DNA of 64,000 nucleotides from Caldisericia bacterium (lineage in GTDB: Bacteria; Caldisericota; Caldisericia; JAAYUI01). The stretch spans positions 480,001-544,000 of the forward strand of contig OY771555.1 in assembly GCA_963674785.1 (NCBI GenBank), read 5' to 3'. The position numbers and the translations under genes were made by a program. Below are positions 10,078 to 20,390 of the stretch, piece after piece (positions within the stretch are counted from its first letter, which is position 1; each line of letters starts with the position of its first letter). Under the pieces are notes generated by a model. It saw only the letters and a program-made list of their open reading frames with translations. It did no database searches and was not told the DNA's origin.

Positions 10078-11076
10078 TTAGCAAATTCTTGGGAGAAGTT
10101 CACCTGCAGGTGGTTCGAGAATCCTTGATCCACCAATCTCTGTGATGAGATATGTTTTTCTTTTGTGGTCTTTTGTCGCCAGTCCTATAATCGATGATTT
10201 TGTTCCATGCTCGGTACTTGAAAGCATCAAAACAACTGCATCAGCTATCTCAGGTTTGACAGCAAGAAGCACTCTTCCCTCGCAAGCAAGTGTGAGAGGG
10301 TCTATTCCAAGTGCAGCGCAGATTCCAGAAACATCAGCATCAACAGGAATTCTCTCCTCATGTATTTCAACACCGACATCAGATGAATGGGAGAGTTCTG
10401 AGATTATCGCAGCAAGTCCACCGCGCGTGACATCGCGACAGGTTTTTATGTCCTCGCCAAATTTATCAAAAATTGGAACAAGCATCGAAGAAAGATTGGC
10501 AACATCAGAAACCAGTTCCGATGAGAAACCAAGCTCTTCGCGTTTCGCCATGATAGCTGCACCATGTCTTCCGATACTTCCCGATACAATAAAAAAGTCT
10601 CCTGGCTCAATCCTCGAAGCTGATGGTTTTGCATTTATAAGCTGTGCACCAACTCCGGTTGTAGTAATAAAAATTCCATCGGCACTACCACGTTCTACAA
10701 CCTTGGTATCACCGGTAACAATGGGTACATCACCGGCGGTTTCTTTTATTGAGTATAAAATTTGTTCAAGATCGGTCTTTGAGAAACCCTCTTCAACAAT
10801 CAGCGAGAGTGAGAGTGCAAGTGGTCTTGCACCCATGACTGACAAATCATTTATTGTCCCACACACAGCAAGTTTACCAATATCTCCACCTGGGAAAAAA
10901 ATCGGTTTAACAACAAATCCATCAGTTGTAAATGCAAGTTTTTCATGAGGAAATTTGAGAATTGCAGAATCCTCAAGAGAATTGAGAATCGGATTCCCCA
11001 AAATCGCAACAATCGAATCAATCAGATTTCGGGAGTCGATTCCTCCACCGCCGTGTGAAAGTTTTATTTTATCCAC
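10078..11076 (-). CDS. hypE: Hydrogenase maturation protein HypE
   Basis: LSHGGGG, FTTDGFVVKPIFFPGGDIGKLAVCGTINDL, RDVTRGG, C-terminal LPRIC. Confidence 0.96.
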   Translation of the reverse strand: MDKIKLSHGGGGIDSRNLIDSIVAILGNPILNSLEDSAILKFPHEKLAFTTDGFVVKPIFFPGGDIGKLAVCGTINDLSVMGARPLALSLSLIVEEGFSKTDLEQILYSIKETAGDVPIVTGDTKVVERGSADGIFITTTGVGAQLINAKPSASRIEPGDFFIVSGSIGRHGAAIMAKREELGFSSELVSDVANLSSMLVPIFDKFGEDIKTCRDVTRGGLAAIISELSHSSDVGVEIHEERIPVDADVSGICAALGIDPLTLACEGRVLLAVKPEIADAVVLMLSSTEHGTKSSIIGLATKDHKRKTYLITEIGGSRILEPPAGELLPRIC

Positions 11077-11081
11077 AATGT

Positions 11082-11597
11082 TTATTTCAGATAAATCTCT
11101 TCAAATTTTTTTGTAAATTCATCGGGATTATCTTTGAGCATATGCAAAGTGTTGAGGTCGTCTAAATCAGCCCCGCGGTAAATGAAATAATTTATGACGG
11201 TTGATGGTTGAAAGCCGCTTGTGCCGGCAACAAATGTTTCATAGACATATTTAATATCATCTTCTGTGAGTTCATTTTGAGGATTTTGTGCCCAGGTTCT
11301 TCGCTCTTCTTCGATAATTTTCCACTGCTTGCTGGTTGTCATATTTTTCTTCAAAGACACTGAGGCATCCAAGACTTTTTCGGCTTTCATGAATGTTTCA
11401 CAGGCAACCCAAAGGGCAGGCTGGTCGGGAGCTTCCTGAAGCTCCCTCTGGTTCTGATTTGTATTTTTCGACTCTGTTGATTGATTTGTTGTATTATCTG
11501 TAGATTTGTTTGTGTCCACTGGCTCAACCTTTCCGCCACACGAAACAACAAAAAATGCGACCAACAGGACAGTTATGATTACAGTAAATCTTTTCAT
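11082..11597 (-). CDS. Hypothetical lipoprotein
   Basis: GGAGG RBS before ATG 11597; MKRFTVIITVLLVAFFVVSC lipobox. Confidence 0.7.
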   Translation of the reverse strand: MKRFTVIITVLLVAFFVVSCGGKVEPVDTNKSTDNTTNQSTESKNTNQNQRELQEAPDQPALWVACETFMKAEKVLDASVSLKKNMTTSKQWKIIEEERRTWAQNPQNELTEDDIKYVYETFVAGTSGFQPSTVINYFIYRGADLDDLNTLHMLKDNPDEFTKKFEEIYLK

Positions 11598-11724
11598 ATC
11601 ATTCCTCCAAGCTTTCCTACACAATGAGATAATAAATGGTTTCAATTCTTTATCAAGAGAATAAGGACTGTACTCATAAAAAAAGCTATTGCATATGCAC
11701 TTTATTTATGTTAAAATCTCCTTC

Positions 11725-12126
11725 GTGCCACTTCGAATAAAACATATTGAATCAAGCGGGAGATTGATAAGAGCCGAGAAGAAAATGCAAGCAGGGCATT
11801 TTGGTTCAGCTCTCAAGGATGTTTCAATCTCATTTTATGCTGCCCTTGGACACTACGGAATTCATCTTGAGTCCAATCCGACAAACATAACAGGCTCTGA
11901 TCTATTGAGATTCTGGATTCGCAAGTTTGGAGTAGATGCAAAAAAGTTTTCAAAATTCGAAGTTATAGCCCCAAATGTAAAATTCAATTTTGTTCTTCAA
12001 AGATTCGAACCCACAAAAGAACAAAAAACATTTTTGCTTTCAAAAAACGAAGTCCAATTCTGTTTTGATTTCGCACTTCAATCAATCCTTCAAATCGAGT
12101 CTGAATTTGAAAGATTAATGCGCTGA
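11725..12126 (+). CDS. Hypothetical protein (weak HEPN-like helical pattern), probably leaderless GTG start
   Basis: Within ORF 11689-12126; TTGCAT-17-TAAAAT ends 7 nt before GTG 11725. Confidence 0.55.
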   Translation: MPLRIKHIESSGRLIRAEKKMQAGHFGSALKDVSISFYAALGHYGIHLESNPTNITGSDLLRFWIRKFGVDAKKFSKFEVIAPNVKFNFVLQRFEPTKEQKTFLLSKNEVQFCFDFALQSILQIESEFERLMR

Positions 12127-12196
12127 GTTTTTTGAACTAAATCAAATCTTATTCGTTATATATCATACAGACCGCCATCGGAGGAACTTTGATACT

Positions 12197-13321
12197 ATGA
12201 CTTCAAAAAAGGCAAAGATAGTTGCAGATGCTTTTCTTATTTTGGTTTTACTGGTTGGAATAAACCCAGCTTTTACCGTAACAACCGATGCACCTGAAAA
12301 CATCAAGTGGATCAGCAAAACAGTGAATGTTGATGGCAAAGACTACAGACTGAGTTATGTGGAGATTGATGCGAGAAAGGGAGCTGTAGAAATTGGTCTG
12401 GCACTTGCATATCAGCAGATGTGGTATCGAGATGACCCTGATAGGATTGCAAGATTTGTGGGAGCAACAGCTGCAATCAATGGACCATTCCACAATGAAT
12501 CCGGAGGATGGTCACAATACCTTTTTGATTCAACAATTGTAGAAAACGGAAAAGCCATGCATATCTTCAACTCAGGTTCACAATTTTGTGCAACAAAATC
12601 TGGAAACTGGTATTTTGGAAAACTTAGGTTCAAGATGATGGGGGCTGTAAAGGAAAACCTGCTTCCACCATCTCTTAAAACAATTTATGTAAGTGGACTT
12701 AATCAACCAACTGCAAAAAATTCAACGGTTCTCTACACCGATGACTGGAGAAAGGAAACCCCAAGTGATTCAGTAAACGTCGTCATTCAGGGTGGAGTTG
12801 TAACCGATGTTATTACCGGTTCAATCAATATTCCTTGGGGGGCATACGTTCTTTGTTACACTGGAACAAATAGAGAGAGAACCTATAAATCCCGCTGGCC
12901 AAAGGGTTACCTGAGAAAAGGTCTTCATATCAATATCTATTGGGCACCAGAGGCTGGAAATGAGGTAAACCTTGGTGCTTGGAGAAATTGTGAAACAATC
13001 TTCGGTGGTTCACCAACCCTTGTGAAATACGGAAAACCATATTGGAATCTTGAAGCCGACAACCACCAGAATTATTCAGCTTTGTCATACTCATCAAGGA
13101 GAACAGCCTTCGGAATTGATGGGAATGGCAAGGCTTTTTTTGTGAATTTCCTCAATGGTATCAAAGTGCAAGAAATGGGGAAAGTGCTTGTGAAGCTTGG
13201 TGTAAACTACGCCTTCAATCTTGATGGTGGATGTTCAACATATCTTTGGTATGACGATGCCGAGAGAATCGAAAACTGCCGAAACCTCCCTGGGGTTATT
13301 TATGTGAAACCAAGGGAGTAG
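12197..13321 (+). CDS. Phosphodiester glycosidase (NAGPA-like) family protein
   Basis: Signal peptide; AAINGPF, RRTAFG, AFNLDGGCST motifs; GGAGG RBS. Confidence 0.85.
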   Translation: MTSKKAKIVADAFLILVLLVGINPAFTVTTDAPENIKWISKTVNVDGKDYRLSYVEIDARKGAVEIGLALAYQQMWYRDDPDRIARFVGATAAINGPFHNESGGWSQYLFDSTIVENGKAMHIFNSGSQFCATKSGNWYFGKLRFKMMGAVKENLLPPSLKTIYVSGLNQPTAKNSTVLYTDDWRKETPSDSVNVVIQGGVVTDVITGSINIPWGAYVLCYTGTNRERTYKSRWPKGYLRKGLHINIYWAPEAGNEVNLGAWRNCETIFGGSPTLVKYGKPYWNLEADNHQNYSALSYSSRRTAFGIDGNGKAFFVNFLNGIKVQEMGKVLVKLGVNYAFNLDGGCSTYLWYDDAERIENCRNLPGVIYVKPRE

Positions 13322-13389
13322 CTCCCAAGCAAGAACAATCTTGAGTTTTACAATTATGCAAATTAGAATTTTCGTGTGAGATTTCATAA

Positions 13390-13951
13390 AAAGCTGTAAA
13401 TGGTTGTGAGCTTACATACACATTTCCAAGAGAGCTTGAGTTTGTGACATCCAATCCAAAGGTTACTTTTGGTGCAGGAAGTGTGACAGTGCCTGCAGGT
13501 ACTATTAATCCGGGACAGAGTAGTTATTTTGAGTTTGTGTTTAGGGCAAGGAATATTGGTGTTTCAGGTGACGGAACAGCCATGAGCAACACGGCAACAA
13601 TATTTGGTGAAGAGATTAATCCACTCTCAGCAACATCCACAGCCGTCTATAAAGAAAAAAGGGTCAGTAGAGAATTACTTGTTGATATTTCCTGGAATGG
13701 GATTGAGACAAAGAACAGTTCATGTTCTGTCGGAGATGAAATTGAACTCTCGTTTGATATCTCTGGTGGATCTGCTCCATACCAAATAAAGATTGACTGG
13801 GGGGGATGGGGAGAGGTCATTTGTGAGTACTGATAATACAGTGGTGTTATCTCATGTTTGGAATGAGGCTGGGGAGTATGAGGTGATGATTTTTGTGACT
13901 GATATGTTTGGGAAAATGAAAAGCATGGAGAGAATTTTACTAGCAGAATAG
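13390..13951 (+). pseudogene. Truncated, frameshifted DUF11/PKD C-terminal module
   Basis: FPRELEF...GGSAPYQIKIDWG is homologous to the C-termini of genes 3-2486 and 2691-5279. Removing one G from the G7 run at 13799-13805 restores DWGDG...GEYEVMIFVTDMFGKMKSMERILLAE*. No start codon or signal peptide. Confidence 0.75.
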
Positions 13952-13961
13952 TAGACCGGAG

Positions 13962-14471
13962 TTACCTCCACTCATAGTACAATGCGGTTCTACTGCTTGT
14001 TATCATGCTTTCTTTAAGCTCAGCAGTTTGTATAAACTTATTGTAAAAACGAATGAAGCCTTCACCGACTCCGAGATGGAATCCCTCGTCTAATGGGCTT
14101 GTTGTAATAACATAAACACTGTTGTTTGTGAGGTCTTCGATTCCGAGTTTACCCGAGTTTTTTCCTTTATTGTTTTCAGCATAAATATTTGTCCACGCAT
14201 GAAGCATATTCTCAACAGAGCCTGCCTTAGAAAGTGACCCAAAGAGCTTTTCAACTGTTGGCCCTATCTGTCGACCAACGATTCGGGGTCCAATATGACC
14301 AGCTTTTTGCCTTAAAGCTTGCATATAATTATTGAACTCCATGTGGGGCACCCACGAACCTTCAAGCTTTGTAAAATCCAAAGATGTGTTGTCTCTACAA
14401 TACTGTCTGTACATTTCAGCAGTAAGAGAGTCAGCCATCAACATATGTTCGCCTCTTATGTATGAATCCAT
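13962..14471 (-). CDS. V4R/H-NOX-like small domain protein, paralog 3
   Basis: AGGAGG RBS; MDSYIRGE...SPLDEGFHLGVGEGFIRFY. Confidence 0.7.
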   Translation of the reverse strand: MDSYIRGEHMLMADSLTAEMYRQYCRDNTSLDFTKLEGSWVPHMEFNNYMQALRQKAGHIGPRIVGRQIGPTVEKLFGSLSKAGSVENMLHAWTNIYAENNKGKNSGKLGIEDLTNNSVYVITTSPLDEGFHLGVGEGFIRFYNKFIQTAELKESMITSSRTALYYEWR

Positions 14472-14690
14472 ATACCCCTCCTAGGTATCCAAATTTTACC
14501 TGAAGTTAACAATTTGTCAAGTGGCAGCAACCCAGAAGATATGAATGTAATTAAAATATTATAGTTATCATTTATGTTGCATAATCCGACATGATCATTT
14601 GTAACTTTGAAAAAACAATTTAGCATTTCCTTCAGAACAAGAAAATCCGTTTTGTTGTAAGATTCACCACTAAACCGATAATTATGGCAT

Positions 14691-16253
14691 ATGGATACAG
14701 ATTTTGAGATAAAAGCATTTCTGGGAATCTTCCCTGCTCCTATTCAAGAAGCGCTTCTAAACCACGGTGAAATTGAGAACCTATATGAAGTGGTAATGGA
14801 TATTGGCAGGAAACCAGAGGCAAGATACAAGGATAAATCGCTGTTCCTTACTGACGGGGTTGTTTCTTTTTTTGATCTCGAGTCAGTGATTTCAAGGGTG
14901 GGAGATTTTGACCGGGATAATCGCTCAGGGATTGAGCGTACACTTCATAGAATCTCAGGAATCATGAACAGGAGAGGAAGACCCGTTGGTCTCACATGCA
15001 GATTTGGTAGAGCAATCGAGGGAGTAATTGATGCCGTAAAGGACGTATTCGAACGAGGCGAATCGGTTCTTCTACTTGGAAGACCTGGTGTCGGAAAAAC
15101 AACAATCCTTCGTGAGGCTGCAAGAGTGCTTGCTGACAAGGCTGGGAAGCGAGTAGTTGTCGTCGATACATCAAATGAAATCGCAGGAGATGGGGATATT
15201 CCTCATGGTGGAATTGGATTTGCCAGAAGGATGCAGGTTCCAATAGGGGTTGAGCAACACACAATCATGATTCAGGCTGTTGAAAACCACATGCCAGAGG
15301 TAATAATCATCGATGAGATTGGGACAGAGCAAGAAGCTGCCGCTTGCAGAACAATAGCAGAGCGTGGTGTTCAGCTTGTGGGGACGGCACATGGTCACAG
15401 TCTTCCAAATCTTTTGATGAACCCAACACTCTCTGATCTTCTTGGTGGTGTCAACTCTGTCATCCTATCTGACGAAGAGGCTTACAGGCGAGGTACCCAA
15501 AAAACAGTTCTTGAGCGTACTGCTCCACCAACATTTGATGTACTCATTGAGATTGCAGACCGTGGTAAATTCGTCATCTATGACAACATCGCAAACACAG
15601 TCGATGAATACCTCAGATATGACAGGCTCAACCCAGAGGTCAGGGTTCGACATTGGGATGGACGAGTTGAAAAAATCAGTAGCCCAGAATCAGTTCCAGA
15701 GCCACTTGAGACAAGAAAAAAAGAGCCAACACCAGAAGAGGAAGCAAAGATAAAAATTAAGCCTGTGAATATCTACACCTTTGGTGTTTCAAAGGATTAT
15801 ATCAGGCGTGCAATTCACCACTTCCATATTAATGCCCAGGTTGTTTCAATCCTTGCTGAGGCAGACATGGTTTTGACAACAAGTTCATATGAACAGAAAA
15901 AACCAAAATCCATAAAAACCGCTCACAGCCTTGAAATCCCAATATATTCTATCCCAAAAAACACACTCTCACATGTCAAAAGGATAATCAAGGGAATCAA
16001 GAGAAATCGCACCCAGCAAGAGGTTGACCAGGCTGCTCTTGATGATGCAATAGAGGTCGTATTTAAAGAAAACAGGTCTGTCAGATTACCCGCTGCACCA
16101 GCATCAGTTCGAAGATTTCAACACAAGTTCGGAGAAAGATTCGGGCTGATCACATCATCAATCGGCAGAGAACCAGACAGGTCAGTGGTATACCATCCAC
16201 CAGATTTTACTGAATTTGAAACGGAGTTTGAAGAAGAAAATGAGAACATCTAA
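14691..16253 (+). CDS. Ycf45/SpoIIIAA-like AAA+ ATPase with C-terminal R3H domain
   Basis: GRPGVGKTT, VVDTSNEIAGDGD, NHMPEVIIIDEIG, R3H-like RRFQH...SIGREPDR. Confidence 0.88.
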   Translation: MDTDFEIKAFLGIFPAPIQEALLNHGEIENLYEVVMDIGRKPEARYKDKSLFLTDGVVSFFDLESVISRVGDFDRDNRSGIERTLHRISGIMNRRGRPVGLTCRFGRAIEGVIDAVKDVFERGESVLLLGRPGVGKTTILREAARVLADKAGKRVVVVDTSNEIAGDGDIPHGGIGFARRMQVPIGVEQHTIMIQAVENHMPEVIIIDEIGTEQEAAACRTIAERGVQLVGTAHGHSLPNLLMNPTLSDLLGGVNSVILSDEEAYRRGTQKTVLERTAPPTFDVLIEIADRGKFVIYDNIANTVDEYLRYDRLNPEVRVRHWDGRVEKISSPESVPEPLETRKKEPTPEEEAKIKIKPVNIYTFGVSKDYIRRAIHHFHINAQVVSILAEADMVLTTSSYEQKKPKSIKTAHSLEIPIYSIPKNTLSHVKRIIKGIKRNRTQQEVDQAALDDAIEVVFKENRSVRLPAAPASVRRFQHKFGERFGLITSSIGREPDRSVVYHPPDFTEFETEFEEENENI

Positions 16254-17955
16254 GTTTTTTGCACCAACACTACGCGAAGTACCCGTCGAAGCGGAGGCAG
16301 TCAGCCACAAACTGATGCTTCGTGCTGCACTCATCAGGAAGCTTTCAGCCGGAATCTACACCCTGCTTCCACTTGGAAAAAAAGTCCTCGAAAACATCAC
16401 AAAGATTGTTCGTGATGAGATGGATGACATCGGATGCCAGGAAATCCTTATGCCTGCACTTCTACCATCTGAACCATGGCAGGAATCTGGAAGATGGGAT
16501 GTTTATGGTGGAGAGATGTTCAGGGTAAACGACCGTAAGGGTCGTGAATTCTGCCTTGGCCCAACACACGAAGAGATTGTCACTCTACATGTCAGAAACG
16601 AACTGAAGTCCTACAAACAGATGCCACTCATGCTCTATCAGATTCAGACAAAATACCGCGACGAGAGGCGTCCAAGATTTGGTGTCATTAGAGCCAGAGA
16701 ATTTTTGATGAAGGACATGTACTCATTTGATGTGGACGAGGAAGCACACGAAAAAAGCTACAAGATTGCATATGACTCATACTGCAGAATCTTTGAAAAA
16801 TGCGGTGTCTCATATATTCCTGTTGAAGCAGATACTGGTGCTATTGGTGGCTCAGCCTCACACGAGTTTGTTGTTGAGGCAGAAAACGGCGAATGCAGAT
16901 TTGCTCACTGCAAGGCATGCGGATATTCAGCAAACACTGAGATTGCTAAAGCCGGCAAAAGAACCGACCTACCAAAAAATGAGGAAGTTGAACTCAAACT
17001 TGTTGATACTCCAAATGCAAAAACAATCGCAGAGGTAGCATCATTTTTAAGCATTAAACCAAAGAAACTCATCAAAGCAATCATCTACAAGGTAGACAAG
17101 GAATTTGTCATGGCGCTTACTCGGGGTGATGATGAAATCTCTGAGGTGAAACTTCAAAAAGCCTTGGGTGCAGGAAGTATTGAGATTGCAACCGAAGAGG
17201 ACACAGCAAAAGTAACAGGCGCACCTGTCGGATTTGCAGGACCTATTGGGTTTGATGGATTCATTGTTGCTGACAATGAACTCATGGACAGTGCCGGACT
17301 TGTTTGTGGTGGAATGGAAAAAGACAAACACTACATGGGTGTTTCACATGGTCGCGACTGGAATCAAAAGGTTTACGCTGACATCCGCGAGGTAAAAGAT
17401 GGTGATACCTGTCCAAACTGCCCAGAAAAAATGGTCATTTCAACAGGGCTTGAGGTCGGACAAACGTTCACGCTTGGGACAAAATACTCAGCACCAATGA
17501 ACTGCAATTTCCTTGATCAGAATGGTAAATCCATGCCAATGATCATGGGTTGTTACGGAATCGGAGTCAGCAGAACAATCGCTGGCGTAATCGAACAAAA
17601 TCATGACGATAAAGGAATCATCTGGCCAGTCAGGATTGCACCATTCAAGGTATGTGTAATCCCTGCAAATGTCAAAGATGAAGCTATCATGGCAGCTGCT
17701 GACAAGCTTTATGACCAGCTAAGGGATGCTGGAATCTCCACAATCATTGATGACAGAAAAGATAGACCAGGTGTAAAATTCAATGACGCTGAGCTTATCG
17801 GATATCCTGTAAGAGTTGTCATAGGAAAAAAACTTGCCGAAAATTTGGTCGAAGTAACTATTCGTAGGACTTGTGAAACTAAACTTATGGAGCCTGAAAA
17901 AGTTTTGGACTTCGTAAAAGATTTCATTAAGGAGAGTCTTTCGACCAATAAATAG
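16240..17955 (+). CDS. proS: Proline--tRNA ligase (bacterial type with INS editing domain)
   Basis: SHKLMLRA, LGPTHEE, RDERRPRFG, MGCYGIGVSR. Confidence 0.97.
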   Translation: MRTSKFFAPTLREVPVEAEAVSHKLMLRAALIRKLSAGIYTLLPLGKKVLENITKIVRDEMDDIGCQEILMPALLPSEPWQESGRWDVYGGEMFRVNDRKGREFCLGPTHEEIVTLHVRNELKSYKQMPLMLYQIQTKYRDERRPRFGVIRAREFLMKDMYSFDVDEEAHEKSYKIAYDSYCRIFEKCGVSYIPVEADTGAIGGSASHEFVVEAENGECRFAHCKACGYSANTEIAKAGKRTDLPKNEEVELKLVDTPNAKTIAEVASFLSIKPKKLIKAIIYKVDKEFVMALTRGDDEISEVKLQKALGAGSIEIATEEDTAKVTGAPVGFAGPIGFDGFIVADNELMDSAGLVCGGMEKDKHYMGVSHGRDWNQKVYADIREVKDGDTCPNCPEKMVISTGLEVGQTFTLGTKYSAPMNCNFLDQNGKSMPMIMGCYGIGVSRTIAGVIEQNHDDKGIIWPVRIAPFKVCVIPANVKDEAIMAAADKLYDQLRDAGISTIIDDRKDRPGVKFNDAELIGYPVRVVIGKKLAENLVEVTIRRTCETKLMEPEKVLDFVKDFIKESLSTNK

Positions 17956-18705
17956 ATGGATGTTGCAGTAATTATTCCGGTTTACAACGAAGAAATAGGG
18001 ATTGGTGGCGTTTTAGAGTGTGTGAAAAAAGCCACCATCCCAAATGAAATAATTGTAGTTTCAGATGGGTCAACTGACAAAACTGTAGAGATTGCAAAAA
18101 GCTTTGAGGGAGTCAAAGTCTTTGAGCAACACCCAAACCAGGGCAAGGCTGCTGCAATGAGCAGAGGTATCCACGAAACCGAAGCTGAAATCATTCTTTT
18201 CCTTGATGGCGACCTCGTAAATCTCAGATCAAAAGATGTCGACGCACTCATCAAACCTGTTTTAAAAGATGAAGCGGATGTCACGATTGGTCTTTTTTCA
18301 GGTGGACGCTTTTCAACTGACTGGATTCAAAAAGTTTTCCCGTTTTTGACCGGTCAAAGGTGCATCAGACGTTCGATGTGGGTGAAGGCAAAAATCGATG
18401 AGGACATCGGTTTTGGCGTCGAGGTGATGTTGACAAAATACATCGCCGCAAACAACCTTCGTGTTGAAAACGTTCTTCTTAAGGGTGCAACACACCTTCT
18501 CAAAGAGGAAAAAGCAGCTGAGGGTAAAGCTGTTAACGGATTTGCAAGAAGAATGAAAATGGCCTGGGAGGTCAGCAAACTCATGCTCACCCCTCCACCC
18601 GCCGAATACAAACAAGACAAAAAGAACAACAAAAAGAAGAAAAAGAATGGGAAGAATGGGTTTTGGAATAAAAAGGAAAAGGATAACCCATCCTCAAATT
18701 CATAA
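17956..18705 (+). CDS. Glycosyltransferase family 2
   Basis: IIPVYNEE, DGSTD, FLDGD. Confidence 0.88.
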   Translation: MDVAVIIPVYNEEIGIGGVLECVKKATIPNEIIVVSDGSTDKTVEIAKSFEGVKVFEQHPNQGKAAAMSRGIHETEAEIILFLDGDLVNLRSKDVDALIKPVLKDEADVTIGLFSGGRFSTDWIQKVFPFLTGQRCIRRSMWVKAKIDEDIGFGVEVMLTKYIAANNLRVENVLLKGATHLLKEEKAAEGKAVNGFARRMKMAWEVSKLMLTPPPAEYKQDKKNNKKKKKNGKNGFWNKKEKDNPSSNS

Positions 18706-18770
18706 ATTGTTCATTTATTCTTTCATCTATCTGTTGAATAAGCAATAGCAAACAATAAAATAATCTTATC

Positions 18771-20225
18771 ATGGATAAAGCAAATAAGATTGACAAAGTA
18801 GTTTTGGGAGTGATTGTTGCACTTATTATAGTTGGGTACACCATACATCATAGAAACCCGATATATCTAGCACCTGGAAGCATGTATTATTCACAAGCTT
18901 TTACTCTTCTTGACAGCCAAAAACCACCAAAGGAAGAATTTTCACTTACAACAGACATTCAATACCCCGAAAACTCGATATATAAACCAACCGATGATTT
19001 TGAGCTGATAACAAAGGGTTTAAAGCAACCAACTATCTTGTCTACCTATAAATCTGAATACAAGGCAAAAGAAAAAACTCAGAGAGCCTATGAAGAAATT
19101 GGTGATCTTGAAAAAGTATGGGAATATGACGCAAGTGATATCTATTTAAGTTTTGAAACATCACTCGTAGAACTTCCAGTTTCGATTGATGATAAGATTT
19201 GGGGGTTGCCGAGATATAATAACACTCGTATTTTCATTGACCCTGATACTGGGAAAGAAATTGAGCAATTAAACGAGAATGATTTTTTCAAATACGATCC
19301 AGATTTATTGATACTTGAAAATGGTAATATTTTAAAATTCGAAAGATTTTATTCTGGGAAAAATCACAAAAGTATTGGGCTTTATGATAAAGAAAATCGG
19401 GTAATTTGGAGCTATAGATTCAAGTATTTCTTTAGTGACCCAATCGAAACCCATTACCCACGGTATATCACGAGCCATAAAGATTCAGCATTTATATTTC
19501 ATAAGGGCAATCTCTACTGTGTAGATTTATCATCGGGAATTATGAAATGGATACTAAAAAGCATTAATATGTTGGACATTCTTTATTTTGAAAAAGTCAA
19601 TAATTACTTGTTCCTTCAACTCACTAAGGATTATAAAGATGCTGACCATAAATTTGAAGAATCGAAATTCTATAGATTAGATTTAGAAAATCTGGAGTTA
19701 AAAGAATTAGTTTTTGAGCGTGAACTCTTTTATAGAAAGCTTTTCTTCAGAGGTGGCAAGATTTACTCCTATCAAAGATTTAGCCCAGGTCTTGAAATGA
19801 AATCTTTTGATTTTAAAAGTGGCGTATTTATCGATTCATTTTCGCGACCAGAGGGAAAAGAATGGGGTAACAGTTACAATGATAATCCATTTTTATTAGA
19901 ACACTATTCTGATAACCAAGTTGATTATTCGATTTTTGACCCAACAACAAAAAAAGAAACAATGATTAATATCCATCAATACAATTTTGAAAAAGATTTT
20001 GATTGTTATATTCAAACAAACTACGAGGTTTATCATGTGTTGGGGAATATGTATGTTGAAGATGAAAATCGATTCTGGGGTTACGACATGGATACACACA
20101 AAAAAACATGGTTTATTGAAAAAAATGGGTTTTCAGAAAATACAAAAGTTTTATTAATCGATTCGAATGGAGTACTTGTTTATGACAACAAAAAGCTTAT
20201 ATGCTTCAAGAAATCTGAAAACTGA
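18771..20225 (+). CDS. Membrane-anchored PQQ-like beta-propeller protein (paralog of 50780-52192)
   Basis: N-terminal transmembrane helix; LYCVDLSSGIMKW, GYDMDTHKKTW; AT-rich. Confidence 0.65.
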   Translation: MDKANKIDKVVLGVIVALIIVGYTIHHRNPIYLAPGSMYYSQAFTLLDSQKPPKEEFSLTTDIQYPENSIYKPTDDFELITKGLKQPTILSTYKSEYKAKEKTQRAYEEIGDLEKVWEYDASDIYLSFETSLVELPVSIDDKIWGLPRYNNTRIFIDPDTGKEIEQLNENDFFKYDPDLLILENGNILKFERFYSGKNHKSIGLYDKENRVIWSYRFKYFFSDPIETHYPRYITSHKDSAFIFHKGNLYCVDLSSGIMKWILKSINMLDILYFEKVNNYLFLQLTKDYKDADHKFEESKFYRLDLENLELKELVFERELFYRKLFFRGGKIYSYQRFSPGLEMKSFDFKSGVFIDSFSRPEGKEWGNSYNDNPFLLEHYSDNQVDYSIFDPTTKKETMINIHQYNFEKDFDCYIQTNYEVYHVLGNMYVEDENRFWGYDMDTHKKTWFIEKNGFSENTKVLLIDSNGVLVYDNKKLICFKKSEN

Positions 20226-20240
20226 AATAACTGTCTTATC

Positions 20241-20297
20241 TGATCTCAAATCTAGATAAAATGACGGGGGAGATTCCCAATCAGGTAGAGAATGACG
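20241..20297 (-). repeat. Degenerate CGTC-type REP copies
   Basis: AGATTCCC...GAATGACG plus a second ...AATGACG remnant. Confidence 0.5.
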
Positions 20298-20390
20298 GGT
20301 AGTTGGGAACAACATAGGAGACTGCACAGACGGAGAAGCAACACAGAATGCTGTTGCAACACCCACACAAATATATAAAATACTACACAC

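Noticed and set aside
10142-10948. Long antisense ORFs (opposite hypE, also opposite gyrA, ftsZ, uvrA, GerMN and 4661-5233)
   Set aside because: Shadow frames of well-supported genes, with no recognisable motifs.
11069-11077. Perfect DnaA box TTATCCACA / possible oriC
   Set aside because: A single copy coinciding with the hypE start codon; no box cluster here or in the AT-rich region near gyrB.
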